The notes beneath the pieces are model-generated. The model ran no database searches and had not been told where the DNA came from. It saw only the letters and a program-made list of their open reading frames with translations. Shown here piece by piece: positions 1 to 11,870 of a stretch of DNA of 64,000 nt. A program made the translations under genes and the position numbers. The stretch is from Octopus sinensis (taxonomy: Eukaryota): assembly GCF_006345805.1 (NCBI RefSeq), contig NC_042998.1:199454001-199518000 (forward strand), read 5' to 3'. How positions within the stretch are numbered: position 1 is the stretch's first letter; each line of letters begins with the position of its first letter.

Positions 1-520
1 TTCTTTTGCTTTTCTGGGTGAGACTTTTCGTAACCAGAGTTATGATCAGTAGGCTCCGAGTCGGACAGGTGTATGAGTATGCTTCCTTGAGTGCATATGT
101 CTGTGTTGGTACCTGTAAAGCGTGAAGGAATTTGGATTGAAAGAGGGGAAAAAAGCTGCTCGTTTGTTTTTAATTTTCTTAAATCGTACAGTATCTTCTA
201 ATTTCACCGCTTATCTTCTAGCGAGAGGCCCCAAATTTCTTCTTCGGGAGAATACGCCCGCATAGGAAGCTTTCCAATTGTAGCTGATGGTGGTATTACT
301 GGCTTGTGTTCTGCCGCGGTTATGGCTTCGTCACTACTATCGCTATTGTTGTGACTGAATACATCGACGACAGACTTTCTGGTTTACAAGAACCTTCAAG
401 TAGGTCCAGTGGAACTTCACAGATGGAAGATCATTTCTATCAACAAGAACATGGGCACCGTCTCCGGTCAATACGTGCACGCTGAGCGTAGTTCTATTCA
501 TTCTAGCAATTTTCGCGACA
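1..520 (-). mobile_element. Possible degenerate gag-like fragment of an LTR retrotransposon
   Basis: Minus-strand conceptual translation ...ATIGKLPMRAYSPEEEIWGLSLEDKR*N*KI... loosely resembles the KLPxFWxxxPxxWF gag N-terminus of invertebrate Ty3/gypsy-like elements. Stops present; similarity is weak. Confidence 0.3.
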
Positions 521-544
521 CTCAACTGCTTTTTAAAAAATTCA

Positions 545-1130
545 TAGGAGGAAATCCCTACCTTCTATTTTTTTTCCATTGATAGGAAAAAGTGCCACAG
601 CTTTCAGCACAAAGTCTCTGACCCTACAGTCATCAAACAGATGCAAATTGCCTACTCAGCACTATAAAAGGATGGTGGTGAGAGTCGATCTTTATAATGG
701 ACTCGGTCGACAGCCGGATCCGCCCTAAACTCGATAATACCTGTCAACATAACTTCTTGGTAGCAGAACTCCAGTACAGTGCGATTGCGTACAATACGGT
801 CTCGCTGCTCTGACTGCATTTCGGAAAGTCCTTGATGGTACTTCTCTGCCTATATTTTTCATCTCGAACTGTTCGTGCGACTCGGTGGGTAAAGGATTTC
901 TTGAAGCTATTCATACTTATCTCCGGCTCAAAAGTCATTCTCGAACACGAACAGATATGCTAGTTCGTTGTCGTCGATACCTCGAGTTTCCCCAAAGACA
1001 CCATAACACTTATTCTGTAGTATTATGGCACCACTGTAGTGGAACTTACACTGGTGGCATCACTCGACTGATAGAGGGCGGTGAACGCTTGATGACATAT
1101 AAAATGCCTAATTCCTTATTTTTACTGCAA
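545..1130 (+). mobile_element. Possible LTR 3' end, PBS and decayed gag remnant
   Basis: TATAAAA at 663-669, a ...TGTCAACA end, then TGGTAGCAGA (758-767), complementary to the 3' end of initiator tRNA-Met. Downstream sequence is GC-richer with a broken reading frame. Confidence 0.35.
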
Positions 1131-1376
1131 CCAGTCTCTTCCAAATATATAATAAAAAACAACATATAACGGATTACATAATGTATGGGGATAGACCGAA
1201 AAGTTATATGATTACGAGGTGGGAAATGAAGATACAGTATATGTGAGCCATGTTAAAAGAGTTGTTAGAGCACATTTTGTAATTTAGCTTTTCATCCTTA
1301 AACCTTTCTCACCATAATACAAAACACTTTCGGGCAACGTATTTGTTACGTTCAAGATTTATTTCTTTATTTCTGA

Positions 1377-1775
1377 CTAGCAGTATCGCCCGGCGTTGCT
1401 CGGGTTTGTAAGGGAAATAACAATATAATCATTTTCAGAGATGTAAAGTATAATAGCCATCTCAATATGGCTAACCACAAAGGGGGGGGGGTGTTACAGT
1501 AGCTTTTTACGTTCTGAGATTTAATAATAAATTTTTAGAGAGTTACTTCCCTTATATATGCCAAAAATGCATTAAAAATGGGAAAAATTGATGGTAATTG
1601 TTTTTTTAAATCGTAGACTCATTGTAGACGCGCGCTAATACCCAGAAGGGCTCGATATGAATCACGACTATAAGATACCCGGTTAAACTGGTTAAACTGA
1701 ACCGCAAAATGTGGGAGTAGTTAGGAATCTAAATCGTAAGAGACAGACACACAACTTCACTTTTATATATAAAGA
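1377..1775 (-). mobile_element. Non-autonomous Helitron (family H1)
   Basis: Minus strand reads A|TCTTTATATATAAAAGTG ... CCCGAGCAACGCCGGG hairpin, CGATACTG CTAG|T. Near-identical copy at 47172-47553. Confidence 0.85.
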
Positions 1776-2008
1776 TTACTCAAGTACTTGAATCTTAACA
1801 TTTGTAATCTTTGCATCAGTGTATTGTTGTAGATTTACCAGCGGTACTTATCATGTGATGGGGAAAGTTATTCTACAAGGAGAGAAAATATATGAATTTA
1901 TTATATTAAAGTTGAAAACAAAGTCAACAGTGATGGTTTAATGATATTAAAGTATTTTATCTCTTCTCTGATATTACAACTACAACAACATATAAAGTTA
2001 AGTATGGC

Positions 2009-2239
<231 letters not shown>

Positions 2240-2788
2240 GTGTGTATATTTATATATTGATTCGTGTTTCAATATTGAGGTGTAATATGATGTTAGAGTA
2301 GTTTGAAATAGATAATTGCGTGATATTTTATAGAAAACTGCAAAGAAATTAAACGATTTAATATTGAGTCTAATTGAAACAATTCAATGATTACTAAAAC
2401 GAGAAAACTGCTTCTCTAAGTTTCAAAATGTATTATGAAGAGTTCCACACATCAAGAAATTGTATGAGGTAGGAATGAATATGCAAGTGTGTATAATACA
2501 CTTATTTCTATCGAGAAGAATAAATACGAAGGATTGAATTTTCGAGGTATAGAACACTAGATGTAAAATAATATACTTATGTGTGTATGTGTTTGTATTT
2601 GTGTAAGTATGCATGTTTGCGTGTATCAATGTGCAAGAGTATGGACCTGTATGTATGTATGTATGGGTGTGTGTGTGTGTGCGCGTGCACGTATGTGTGT
2701 GAATGAGTGTGTGTTTCTGTGTATGTGTGTTTATATATATGCATAGATTTCAGATTTCGACATCAGGTGGTGGTCTAGTTTCTATAGG

Positions 2789-3002
2789 GGCAGACATGGC
2801 TGTGCTACAGGAGGTCTGCTTGAAAACAACATGGTTCCGAGTTCAGTTCCACTGCGTGGCACTTTGGGAAAGTGCCTTCTACTATAGCCTCGGGTGGAGG
2901 CCATAGTCGTCTCTCAGTTTCCGTCTGCCAACCAAATCAACTATGCATATATCTTTTATCTTTTACTTGTTTCAGTCATTAAATTGCGGCCATGCTGGGG
3001 CA
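2789..3002. mobile_element. Chimeric SINE-A: forward tRNA-like head joined to reverse-orientation middle and tail
   Basis: 2789-2905 matches the SINE-A head on +. CAGTTTCCGTCTGCCAACCAAATC and TTTTACTTGTTTCAGTCATT...CATGCTGGGGCA match the SINE-A middle and tail on -. Confidence 0.75.
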
Positions 3003-3169
3003 ATATATATATATATATGTCTGTATGCATATAAATATATATAATATATATATATATATTATATATATATATATATATTATATATATAATATAGGATAAA
3101 AAATTTTCGAAAAAACTTTATCAATGGCCAGCATATTAAAAAAATACCTTTAAAGGTTAAATTTTATAA

Positions 3170-3589
3170 ACAACTTATAAACAAGGGCAAAAGAAAAAAA
3201 TCTAATGCCAAATATGCCGAAATATAGACTTATTCGTCAATAACCATATAATTTATCACTATAAGCACGTGTCTCGAAAGCAAGCCGATAGAAATTTTAA
3301 AAAAAATTCGTTATTATCAGGTCTGTCCCAATTTCTGAGTTAATTCATTTAGAATTTTCTCCTCATCAGCGATAAATACGAATTTATCGCTGATGACGAG
3401 AAAATTCTAAATAAATTAACTCAGAAATTGGTACCGATCCGGTAATTACGAAATTGTTTTAGAAATTTCTATCGGCTTGCTTTCAAGACACGTGCTTATA
3501 GTGATAAATTATATGGTATTGACGAATAAGTCTATATTTCGGCATATTTAGCATTAGAATTTTTTGTTTTGCCCTGGTTTATAAGTTGT
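3170..3589. repeat. About 420-bp near-perfect palindrome between (TA)n tracts
   Basis: Arms 3170-3377 and 3382-3589 are reverse complements around a 4-nt loop (ACGA). Confidence 0.9.
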
Positions 3590-3599
3590 ATATATATAT

Positions 3600-3644
<45 letters not shown>

Positions 3645-3654
3645 AGTAAAGTTA

Positions 3655-4312
3655 ATCACCCCATCAAAGTGGTTGTTCCTCGTCACTACTAGTTTAACTC
3701 GGGGCAGAACTTCTGCTAGCTAGTTGTCGGTGCGGCGCTGTACATATATATTGCTAGCAGGAGGAGCGAACCCCTACCTTCTTCTTTTAGACAACAGAAA
3801 CTGAGACTGACTCAATTTCAAGCCGGTTGGATCATCTTCAGTCGCGAAAACTTCGTCGCCAAAACAATAGAGCCAGGGTCTTCTCCAGCCGGTTTTATAT
3901 TGTATACAAAGTAACTATTGGTTACTGATTTACAACAAGCAAAGTAGCTAGATGTAAAATCTCAATAAGAGATCAGAGCAGTAACTATACAAATAAGGAA
4001 AGTTAATCGCCATATCAAAGTGGCTGTTCCATGTTACTAATAGTTTAGCCCCAGGCAGATATTCCATGAGATTGCTATTTGTGCAGCGTTGCAGCCTGTA
4101 TATACATATATATTGTTAGCAGGGGGTACGAACTCCTACCATCCTCTAGCAGACACCAGGATCGCGAGGATGGTAGGGGTTCACCAGGGGATAGTAGTGG
4201 TTTGCTCCCTCAGCTACCAATATATATGTATAAACAGGGTGCAACACCGTACCGATAACCAACTGACGGAAGATCTGCCTGAGATAAAACTAGTAGTAAC
4301 ATGAAGCAGCCT
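3655..4312. repeat. Three diverged copies of a ~125-bp module (+,+,-); the last two form a ~290-bp fold-back
   Basis: 3655-3780 is similar to 4010-4146; 4188-4312 is the reverse complement. Central 17-bp stem 4130-4146/4166-4182. Confidence 0.8.
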
Positions 4313-4369
4313 ATTTTACATATACATATACATATACATACATATATATAGATATATTATATATATATA

Positions 4370-4401
<32 letters not shown>

Positions 4402-4408
<7 letters not shown>

Positions 4409-4796
4409 ATATTTCGGAATGGTCATTTTGCCAGTTTAGCCAATAAAAACACACGCACTATATATTTGGTGTTATTTTGCTTCAGTGTTATTTATTTTTT
4501 ACATTAATCTTAATCTTATTCGGCCAGAGTTCTTTCGTCACACTCCTGTGGCCGCATCAGTGGTCCTTTGCTTTCTTCTTTCTTATTGTGTCTCTCCTTA
4601 CTAACCGTCAGCCATTTTGTATTTCTATTGTATGTCTTCATTGCGGTCACAGGAGTGTGGACGAAAGAACTCTGGCCGAAATAAGATTAAGATTAATGTA
4701 AAAAATAAATAACACTGAAGCAAATAACACCAAATATATAGTGCGTGTGCTTTTATTGGCTAAACTGGCAATAGACCATCCGAAATATAACAATAT
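4402..4796. repeat. Fold-back element (~160-bp arms) with hammerhead-like motifs at the inner arm ends
   Basis: Arms 4402-4560 and 4640-4796 are reverse complementary. Minus 4521-4566 reads GGACCA-CTGATGC-G-GCCAC-AGGAGT-GTGAC-GAAA-GAAC-T-C-TGGCC. Confidence 0.8.
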
Positions 4797-4915
4797 CTGT
4801 TTCAACACACGACTTCACATAAAAAATCTTGCACAACAAATATTTAAACGTATATATATATATATATATATATTAATATATATATTATATATATAATATA
4901 TATATATATATATAT

Positions 4916-5120
4916 GGTAAAAACGGTAAGATAACAAAGAAAGAAGTGACCTCGATATTATGTAAATAGAGGAATTTATCAGTAAATGTAATATGTGACA
5001 ATTATTCAGTAGCTAAGATCAAACACTTCGGTAGCCAAGATAAAACACGATAAAACGGATGCCGAAGTAGAAATCCACACCACTATCTCTTCAGTTATCC
5101 GGCCATCGGAAAAAAACCTT
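4916..5120 (-). mobile_element. 3' UTR/pseudo-LTR fragment of the Penelope-like family at 28947-29930
   Basis: Reverse complement aligns with 29755-29928 (GATAACYGAAGAGAT...GGATTTCYACTTCGGCATC...TTCCTCTATTTACATAATATYGAGGTC). Confidence 0.8.
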
Positions 5121-5145
5121 ATTTCTCTCTCTCTCTCTCTCACCA

Positions 5146-5184
<39 letters not shown>

Positions 5185-5339
5185 TGACAAGACTATGTGA
5201 TAAGTAGTTTGCTTACAAACTACATGATTCAGTGCTCAGTCACGCTGATCACAGGATGGTGTGTTTATGTTCCCGTAACCTAGCGATTCGATAAAGGGGA
5301 ACATAGAAATACCGGAATTAACAAAAATGAAAGTAGCCG

Positions 5340-5660
5340 GGTAGATTCATTCGACTAACAAGAAAGTCCTGAATGCAGTGCCCCAGCATGGCCACGCCCT
5401 AATGAATAATACAAGCAAAACATAAAAGAAAAGATATATTTGATCGTATCCTCGTGTCTGTGTTCCCGTCACCACCATTGTGTTGGTATGTTTATGGTCT
5501 CGTAGTATAAACTTGATGGTTCGACGAGGGAGATAGATTGAATAAGTACCAGGCTTTAAACAAACAAGTCCTGGGGCCAATTCGATCGACTAAAATCCTT
5601 TAAGCCGGTGTCTCACCATAGCCACAGTCTTCAGAATGAAACAAGTAAAAAATAAAAGCT
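5340..5660 (+). mobile_element. Two diverged SINE-A-type 3' fragments
   Basis: Contains GAATAAGTACCAGGC...GTCCTGGGG...TCGACTAAAA and CCCCAGCATGGCCAC tail motifs. Confidence 0.65.
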
Positions 5661-5765
5661 GGTGTAATAAGAATATTGGAGCGATAAATTTTGGAGATTT
5701 AGAGTAAACTATCATTAGAAGAGTGGTAAGGGGGTAGAGTTTTAGAGCAGACATAATATAAGGTA

Positions 5766-5766
<1 letters not shown>

Positions 5767-5796
<30 letters not shown>

Positions 5797-6010
5797 TGTA
5801 TGTATGTATGTATGTATGTATGTATGTATGTGGGTGTGTATGTATGTATGTATGTAAGTATGTAGTATGTATGTATGTATGTATGTATGTATGTATGTAT
5901 GTATGTGTGTATGTATGTATGTATGTATGTATGTGTGTATGTATGTATGTGTGTGTATGTATGTATGTATGTTTGAATGTATCTATGAATCTATGTATGT
6001 ATGTGTTACG
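5767..6010. repeat. (TATG)n microsatellite
   Basis: Direct inspection; also (CATA)n at 10020-10130 and 16615-16855. Confidence 0.95.
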
Positions 6011-6179
6011 TGTATCTATATATGTATATGTGTGTATGTATATATGTACGAATATTATATATGTATACATATACATAGATTCATTCATACAAACATGCAT
6101 AGGTATATATATGTTATACATGCATACATACATGCATACATATACACATAGATTCATACATACATAAACAAACATATAA

Positions 6180-6372
6180 TAATAATATTAGGGAGTAAAT
6201 CCAAACTTACAGGGAAAAATTAGAATTAGGATTAAATCTAATTTTACAGTATAAATAGAAATTGAATTAGCGATAAAACCACTATTAGGAAAATATTTTT
6301 ATTTCTATGTTTTGGTTTATGTTTTACACTGTTTGATTTGCCTAATAGTGGTTTTATCTCTAATTTAATTTA
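6180..6372. repeat. Short fold-back island related to the 31773-32660 family
   Basis: 6180-6260 is the reverse complement of 32580-32660. Internal hairpin ATAAAACCACTATTAGG / CCTAATAGTGGTTTTAT. Confidence 0.7.
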
Positions 6373-6909
6373 TATACAAACATATATATATATATAGGCA
6401 TGGGATATAAATAAAAGATTAAGAAAATGTCATATGACTACTTGTTGTTGGTGCAATGCTAAAAACTGTTAACAATTTCAATCAATGAGCTGGACAATTG
6501 TGTAGACCAATTGAGAACTACTGATATTTTCTCAGAGTTCCTGAAACCTATGGGAGCCAATGAGTATGTTCTCCTCAGATCAGAAACCTATCGGGAATGT
6601 AGTAGTACTGTAGTATTAAGTAGAATGAAGGAATACTCTACCAACGAAGAACAAGAGACGAACGTATATTAAAATCAATAGAAGCTAGTGTTGCTATGTA
6701 GTAGCAATCGATTCATCTAAAGAATAGAGTAAATGTTATGCGATTAATAATTGATGTTACAATTTGTCAAATTTTCTTGATATTGGTATTATCTGCGGAA
6801 TTTGGTTGAAATAATAGCTAAATAATTAATCAAAAACAGCTAAGTAGGATTTTAAGATACGAAACGCCTTGAATATATTACCGCTCTTGAATATATTACA
6901 CCCACTATG

Positions 6910-6943
<34 letters not shown>

Positions 6944-6987
6944 TATATATATAATATATATATAAATGTATATAATATATATATATT

Positions 6988-7076
6988 CCTTCTACTTGTT
7001 TCAGTCATTTGACTGCGGCCATGCTGGACCATCATCTTTTGCCGAACAAATCGACCCCACAACTTATTCTTTGTAG
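6988..7076 (-). mobile_element. SINE-A 3' tail
   Basis: CTACTTGTTTCAGTCATTTGACTGCGGCCATGCTGGA...AAATCGACCCC. Confidence 0.85.
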
Positions 7077-7167
7077 ATTTTCGACTATAACTTAACAATT
7101 TTCACTTCGGAGAAATCCACCATTGTTTACAAGCATGAGCTAAGTCCCTTTCTAGCGACTGTGTAAC

Positions 7168-7217
<50 letters not shown>

Positions 7218-7382
7218 AAGAGAGAGAGAGGATGATAACAGATATTTAAAATTTAGTCTTTTTAGTGACTGATTGAGAGGGATAAACAAACAGACAGGTG
7301 TTGTCACTTATTTATGTATGTGTGAATGGCTTCAGTCACACACACACGAGCATGCATGCGTACAAAGCACATGTATGCAATG

Positions 7383-7415
<33 letters not shown>

Positions 7416-7645
7416 TGCCCGTATATATATATATATATATAATATATATATATATATATTTATATATAGAGGGCATAATTATACATACAGGGCATAATTT
7501 ATATATAGAGCCCTCTATATATAAATTAATATGTTCAATAAGAAATAATTATTTTCGAAATTTTTTCTCTTATGAGGTTTTTACGCTATCTACCTGACAT
7601 TTCTTGTTAAGTTTTCCTTAGTAAGTAGTTGTCCTTAATTGCAAA

Positions 7646-7687
<42 letters not shown>

Positions 7688-8334
7688 TATATATATACAA
7701 TATAAACGATCAACTACATACAGAAAGGGAGAGTGGGGGCACTCCAGACCGACTGTATTCATAATAATACTGAATGATCCGACAGGTGACCATCTACCAA
7801 TGAGCAAATGTCACTGTGCAATGCAGCGATCCAGTTTCTGAAGACGAGTCCAAGACCAGCCGCCTTCATGATACTCACTAAGTTTTGATGGTCGAGCCTA
7901 TCGAAGGCTTACGGCTAAAGTAAATTAAACAGAGACTCACACATGCCAATTTCTTTACCCAAGGTTTCTACGCTATATTACGTTAAGTACAGATTATCTT
8001 GTATAGATCATTTTGGTATGGAAATTGTATGTGTCTCGCCGTCCATATATCGACAAGTGAGAATCTGTTAGCAAACATTTTAGCCAAAATCTTCAACTCT
8101 GCATTTAGAAGAATTAAGAAACTGAAGTTGCAAAAATCACGCACTTTCGCCACCATTCTTGTCCATGTTCATTCGCAACGGCCTCACCACACCTCTTTCC
8201 GCATGATTGGAAAGTTTCCCGTTATGCTTCTGATACTAACTACACTAAGCAACTGCGCGTCGCGCGTGGGAAATCCAGATCACGTCGATGGCTGTCATGT
8301 CTCATAAAACGTGACTAATAAGAGCAGTACACCC

Positions 8335-8632
8335 ACTGGAATATTTGTAAATGCTACAAAATTAAATCCCATGATAAGTGGTACAGGCACCATCCACAGG
8401 ATGAAATAAAGGGCGAGGGCGTCACCATCCTTTGGAACTTCCTAATACGAACAGACAGATTGGGAAATACCAGCCACTGCGGGACGAGACAGGAAAATTA
8501 TGGGGCATGAGGAAAGTAACTAGAACATTAGGAGCTGTTTCCAAAGGTTTTGAAAACATTAAAAATATTGGAGCTGCTGTCAATCTGGAGCATTGTTGGG
8601 TACAGCTTGCATTCTAAGGAGAGTATTGTCTC
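8335..8632 (+). mobile_element. R4/Dong-like RLE LINE C-terminal fragment
   Basis: Translations ICKCYKIKSHDKWYRHHPQ..., ILWNF.IRTD, KYQPLRDETGKLW and LGAVSKG match the restriction-like endonuclease region. Confidence 0.75.
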
Positions 8633-8749
8633 TTTGAGTCACAGGAGAAGGCACTACTTGAAACCTTTGTTGATTTTTTCATTGCTTGCTTTCAAGTAAA
8701 GAATAACCGGTAATCAAGAACTATCCCAGAGTCTTTCATAAAAGAAAAA

Positions 8750-8827
8750 TAATAACAATAATAATAATAACAACAACAACAACAGTAGCAGCAGCAGCAG
8801 CAACAACAACAACAACAACAACAACAA

Positions 8828-8865
<38 letters not shown>

Positions 8866-8870
8866 GCAAT
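8750..8870. repeat. (AAT)n/(CAA)n/(CAG)n trinucleotide tract
   Basis: Direct inspection. Confidence 0.95.
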
Positions 8871-8875
8871 AATCA

Positions 8876-9053
8876 AGTCGACGAGCTGACAGAATTCTTC
8901 CTGCGCCGAGCGAAGTGCTTAGCACCATTTCGTCCGGCTTTACGCTCTGAATTCTAATTCCACCGAGGACTAACTTACCTGTCAACTTTTCGGATTCGAT
9001 AAAATAAGTACGAGTTGAGTACTGGGTCGATGTAATCAACTTACCATCACCAC
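8876..9053 (+). mobile_element. SINE-B, diverged
   Basis: Matches the family consensus GGCGAGCTGGCAGAA...GTTCTGAGTTCAAATTC...TCGATAAAATAAGTAC...GGGTCGATGTAATC. Confidence 0.8.
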
Positions 9054-10294
9054 TACGTTGTTGGACTTGAACCAAAATCTGAAACCATTACTATTATTAA
9101 TTTTATTATTTCGTAAAATTACATCAATTCCCGAAAAATATGATTTCCAAACTTATTTTCTGAAAATTGATGTTAATTCAAAGATATTTTCTCAATATGT
9201 CTCAGAAAATCTGGAATCTAATTCAGACATTGCACAATATTTCAGAAAAATCACTGTATCTAATAAATAATTTATAAATGATTTATGAAGTTTATCCCAT
9301 AATAGAGCCACTTTGAATTGTACGTAGTGACCCATGATATTTTCACGTGAGTTTTGTTTGTCTCATGGTCAGTCAATGAGGACAAGCGTGCTTATTCCAA
9401 AGGTCATTTACATTGTCAGAAAGTTATTAAAATGTGAGATGTACAAGTGAGCTCTTCTACGATTCTATCTTACATTCCTATATATATGTTTACAAAATAA
9501 TATTGAAAATTTACTTTCTATCACTATTACTTTATCTGCTATCATTTATGTCCGCCATTTTCTATTTTAACAGTAGTATCAATGTAAGCTGTCAGCTTAT
9601 CTGAATATATTTAAAACCTAAGAAATATGTCAGCGCTTAAACGAGAGATTTCTATATTTTTCTTAACATTATTGAAAAGGTCGAGCGAATTTTTTTTCAG
9701 AAAGTTGGTGGTGAGATCAGCATGGTTACTTGGATTTTATCACTGTTTGTGCAAAACAAGAATCAGGAACCCCATATTACTTTGATTTACCAATTGTTCA
9801 AAGATACGTAACAATATTGTTTTTCCATGAGAATTTTACTATTACCAGTGTTATATTAGCATCTTGTCCAGTTCAAGGTTCACCTGTAACCGACTTGTTT
9901 ATTATATATTGCAATAGTTGAATAATGACGTAGATAGTTGTAAATTACCAACAGAGTTATTGCATATTGTAAATATCTATATCCGTAGATCATCTTTGTT
10001 GCAGACTCACACTGAGCGATACATACATACATACATACATACATACATACATGCATGCATGCATACATACATACATACATACATACATACATACATACAT
10101 ACATACATACATACATAATACATGCATACATACACACACACACACGCACACACGCACACACACACATATATATATAAATATATATAGGAAAAAGATTATA
10201 AGGTGTGCGATGCGTTACATAAATGGATTTAATGGATTTAATATAAAAAACGGAAAAATATTTGTTAATTTTTCTGTGTATTATATTAAATCCT

Positions 10295-10333
<39 letters not shown>

Positions 10334-10354
10334 ACGGAGATGTACTTGCATAGC

Positions 10355-10530
10355 AAGTGATTTGATCTGAGACCGTGTGCTGAAACGAAAACAATTGCAG
10401 CGTGGAAGATGTTTGTAAGCCATTTAAGAAACACACAAAAACCGTTCGATTCACTTCAACATTTAAGTTTAATATGTCAAAATATTTTCGTCGCTATAAG
10501 ACCGCGACCTGTTCACTGACAAAAATCCGT
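10355..10530 (-). repeat. Interspersed repeat with a degenerate hammerhead motif (10475-10521)
   Basis: Minus reads TGTCA-GTGAACA-G-GTCGC-GGTCTTATA-GCGAC-GAAA-ATAT-T-T-TGACA. A partial copy of the same repeat lies in opposite orientation at about 33535-33590. Confidence 0.6.
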
Positions 10531-10536
10531 GCTGCA

Positions 10537-10583
10537 TCTTTATATATATATTTTCTTCTATATTTATGAAATTGAGTTATTGT

Positions 10584-10635
<52 letters not shown>

Positions 10636-11870
10636 TGTGTTGTTTGTTGTGGGTGTGGTCAGTGTGTCTCTGTGTGTAGACATTAATTTTTTTATAGAAA
10701 TCCACATTCAATGTCCGATTGACCTCAAATTTTATACACATACTCCAAAAGGTCAGACCAAAGAACTCACCGCCGCGACCTGCACGCATGATCGGGAACA
10801 TACACATAAAGTGACCTTATGCGCACATGTGTCGCTGAACTTTTGTTCACGCCTTAATTGCTTCGTTTTACACGTAAATGTGTTATTTGGGGTGGGGGTG
10901 GCAAAAAGGTTCATGCACTAACACGTTTTGCACCTCTAGCTACCCTTTTGACACAGTATTTCGTCCAATAAATGAAGCACTTACCTTTTCGTTGCCAGGG
11001 TTCAATGTGATGCTACCTTAAAAATACCAGTTGCCGAACGTTTAGTCAATACATCGTTACACGTTTTACTTTGAAGGAAGACAGCAAAAGAACCCATGTT
11101 CCATACTTTTTGAAAGTTCCAATGCGTAACATTGAGCAACAGGCGTTCTTAATCGAGAGCCATAGAGGTGGTTCGTTGTAAAAAATCACGTCAAAGCTTT
11201 TGAAGCCCTATTACTACTTGCAATAGCTTCTCCGTTAACCATACTCACGCCTTAATTGCTGCGTATGGTGCTACTTAGGGGATAGAGACAAGGCGTGCAT
11301 AATCACTTTTTTGCACCTCTATCGACACGCTTTTGGCGCACTTAATTAAGCAAAAGTCATCCTTTGCCGGGGCTCAGTGCACTACTACGTTACAAACTTC
11401 CGTTGCCAAACTTTTATTTAAACATAATAACTAACATACTAACGCTATTCAAACATACTATTCAAACATACTATTCAAACATACTAACGCTAAACTACGC
11501 CATTTGGAGCACTAACTTTTGAGTTCTTGCCAAATCCAATGTGTAAAATTGAGCACCCAATTCCATTCTTAAACACTGTTCATTCCTAGACGGCGATCTC
11601 TGCGTTTCCGCGTTGAAAAACACATCAAGGTTTTGAAATCCACTTACTGACTGCAAGTACCGGAAATCCCTTGGAACTTCGACAATGAAAATACTGCGTT
11701 TTTGCTTACTGCATTCAAAGTGGACCGAAGTCAGGGCAATATTTGAACTCAGTTAATGCAGTCAGCCCATGTACGGATTTATTTTGCACTTAGCTCGATA
11801 CACTGTGTATGGAATCAGCAAAAAATTGCTGTATTTATATGTTGATGTTTCATGGGATTTCCGGTAGCTT
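10537..11870 (+). mobile_element. Helitron-like non-autonomous element with an internal diverged ~400-bp tandem duplication
   Basis: A|TCTTTATATATA start, GT microsatellite, then a CCGATTGACCTCAAATTTTATACAC motif like Helitron/DINE-type 5' cores. Units start CACGCCTTAATTGC at about 10847 and 11246. 3' end uncertain. Confidence 0.45.

Noticed and set aside
3805-3850. Minus-strand CTGAAGA...GAAA...GTC as a hammerhead
   Set aside because: Helix I does not pair and helix II is mismatched. Similar failures occur at CTGATGA motifs near 14690, 26910 and 37386.
9880-10010. Signal-peptide-like MIYGYRYLQYAITLLVIYNYL on the minus strand
   Set aside because: It ends at a stop after about 37 codons with only a weak donor, and there is no supporting homology.
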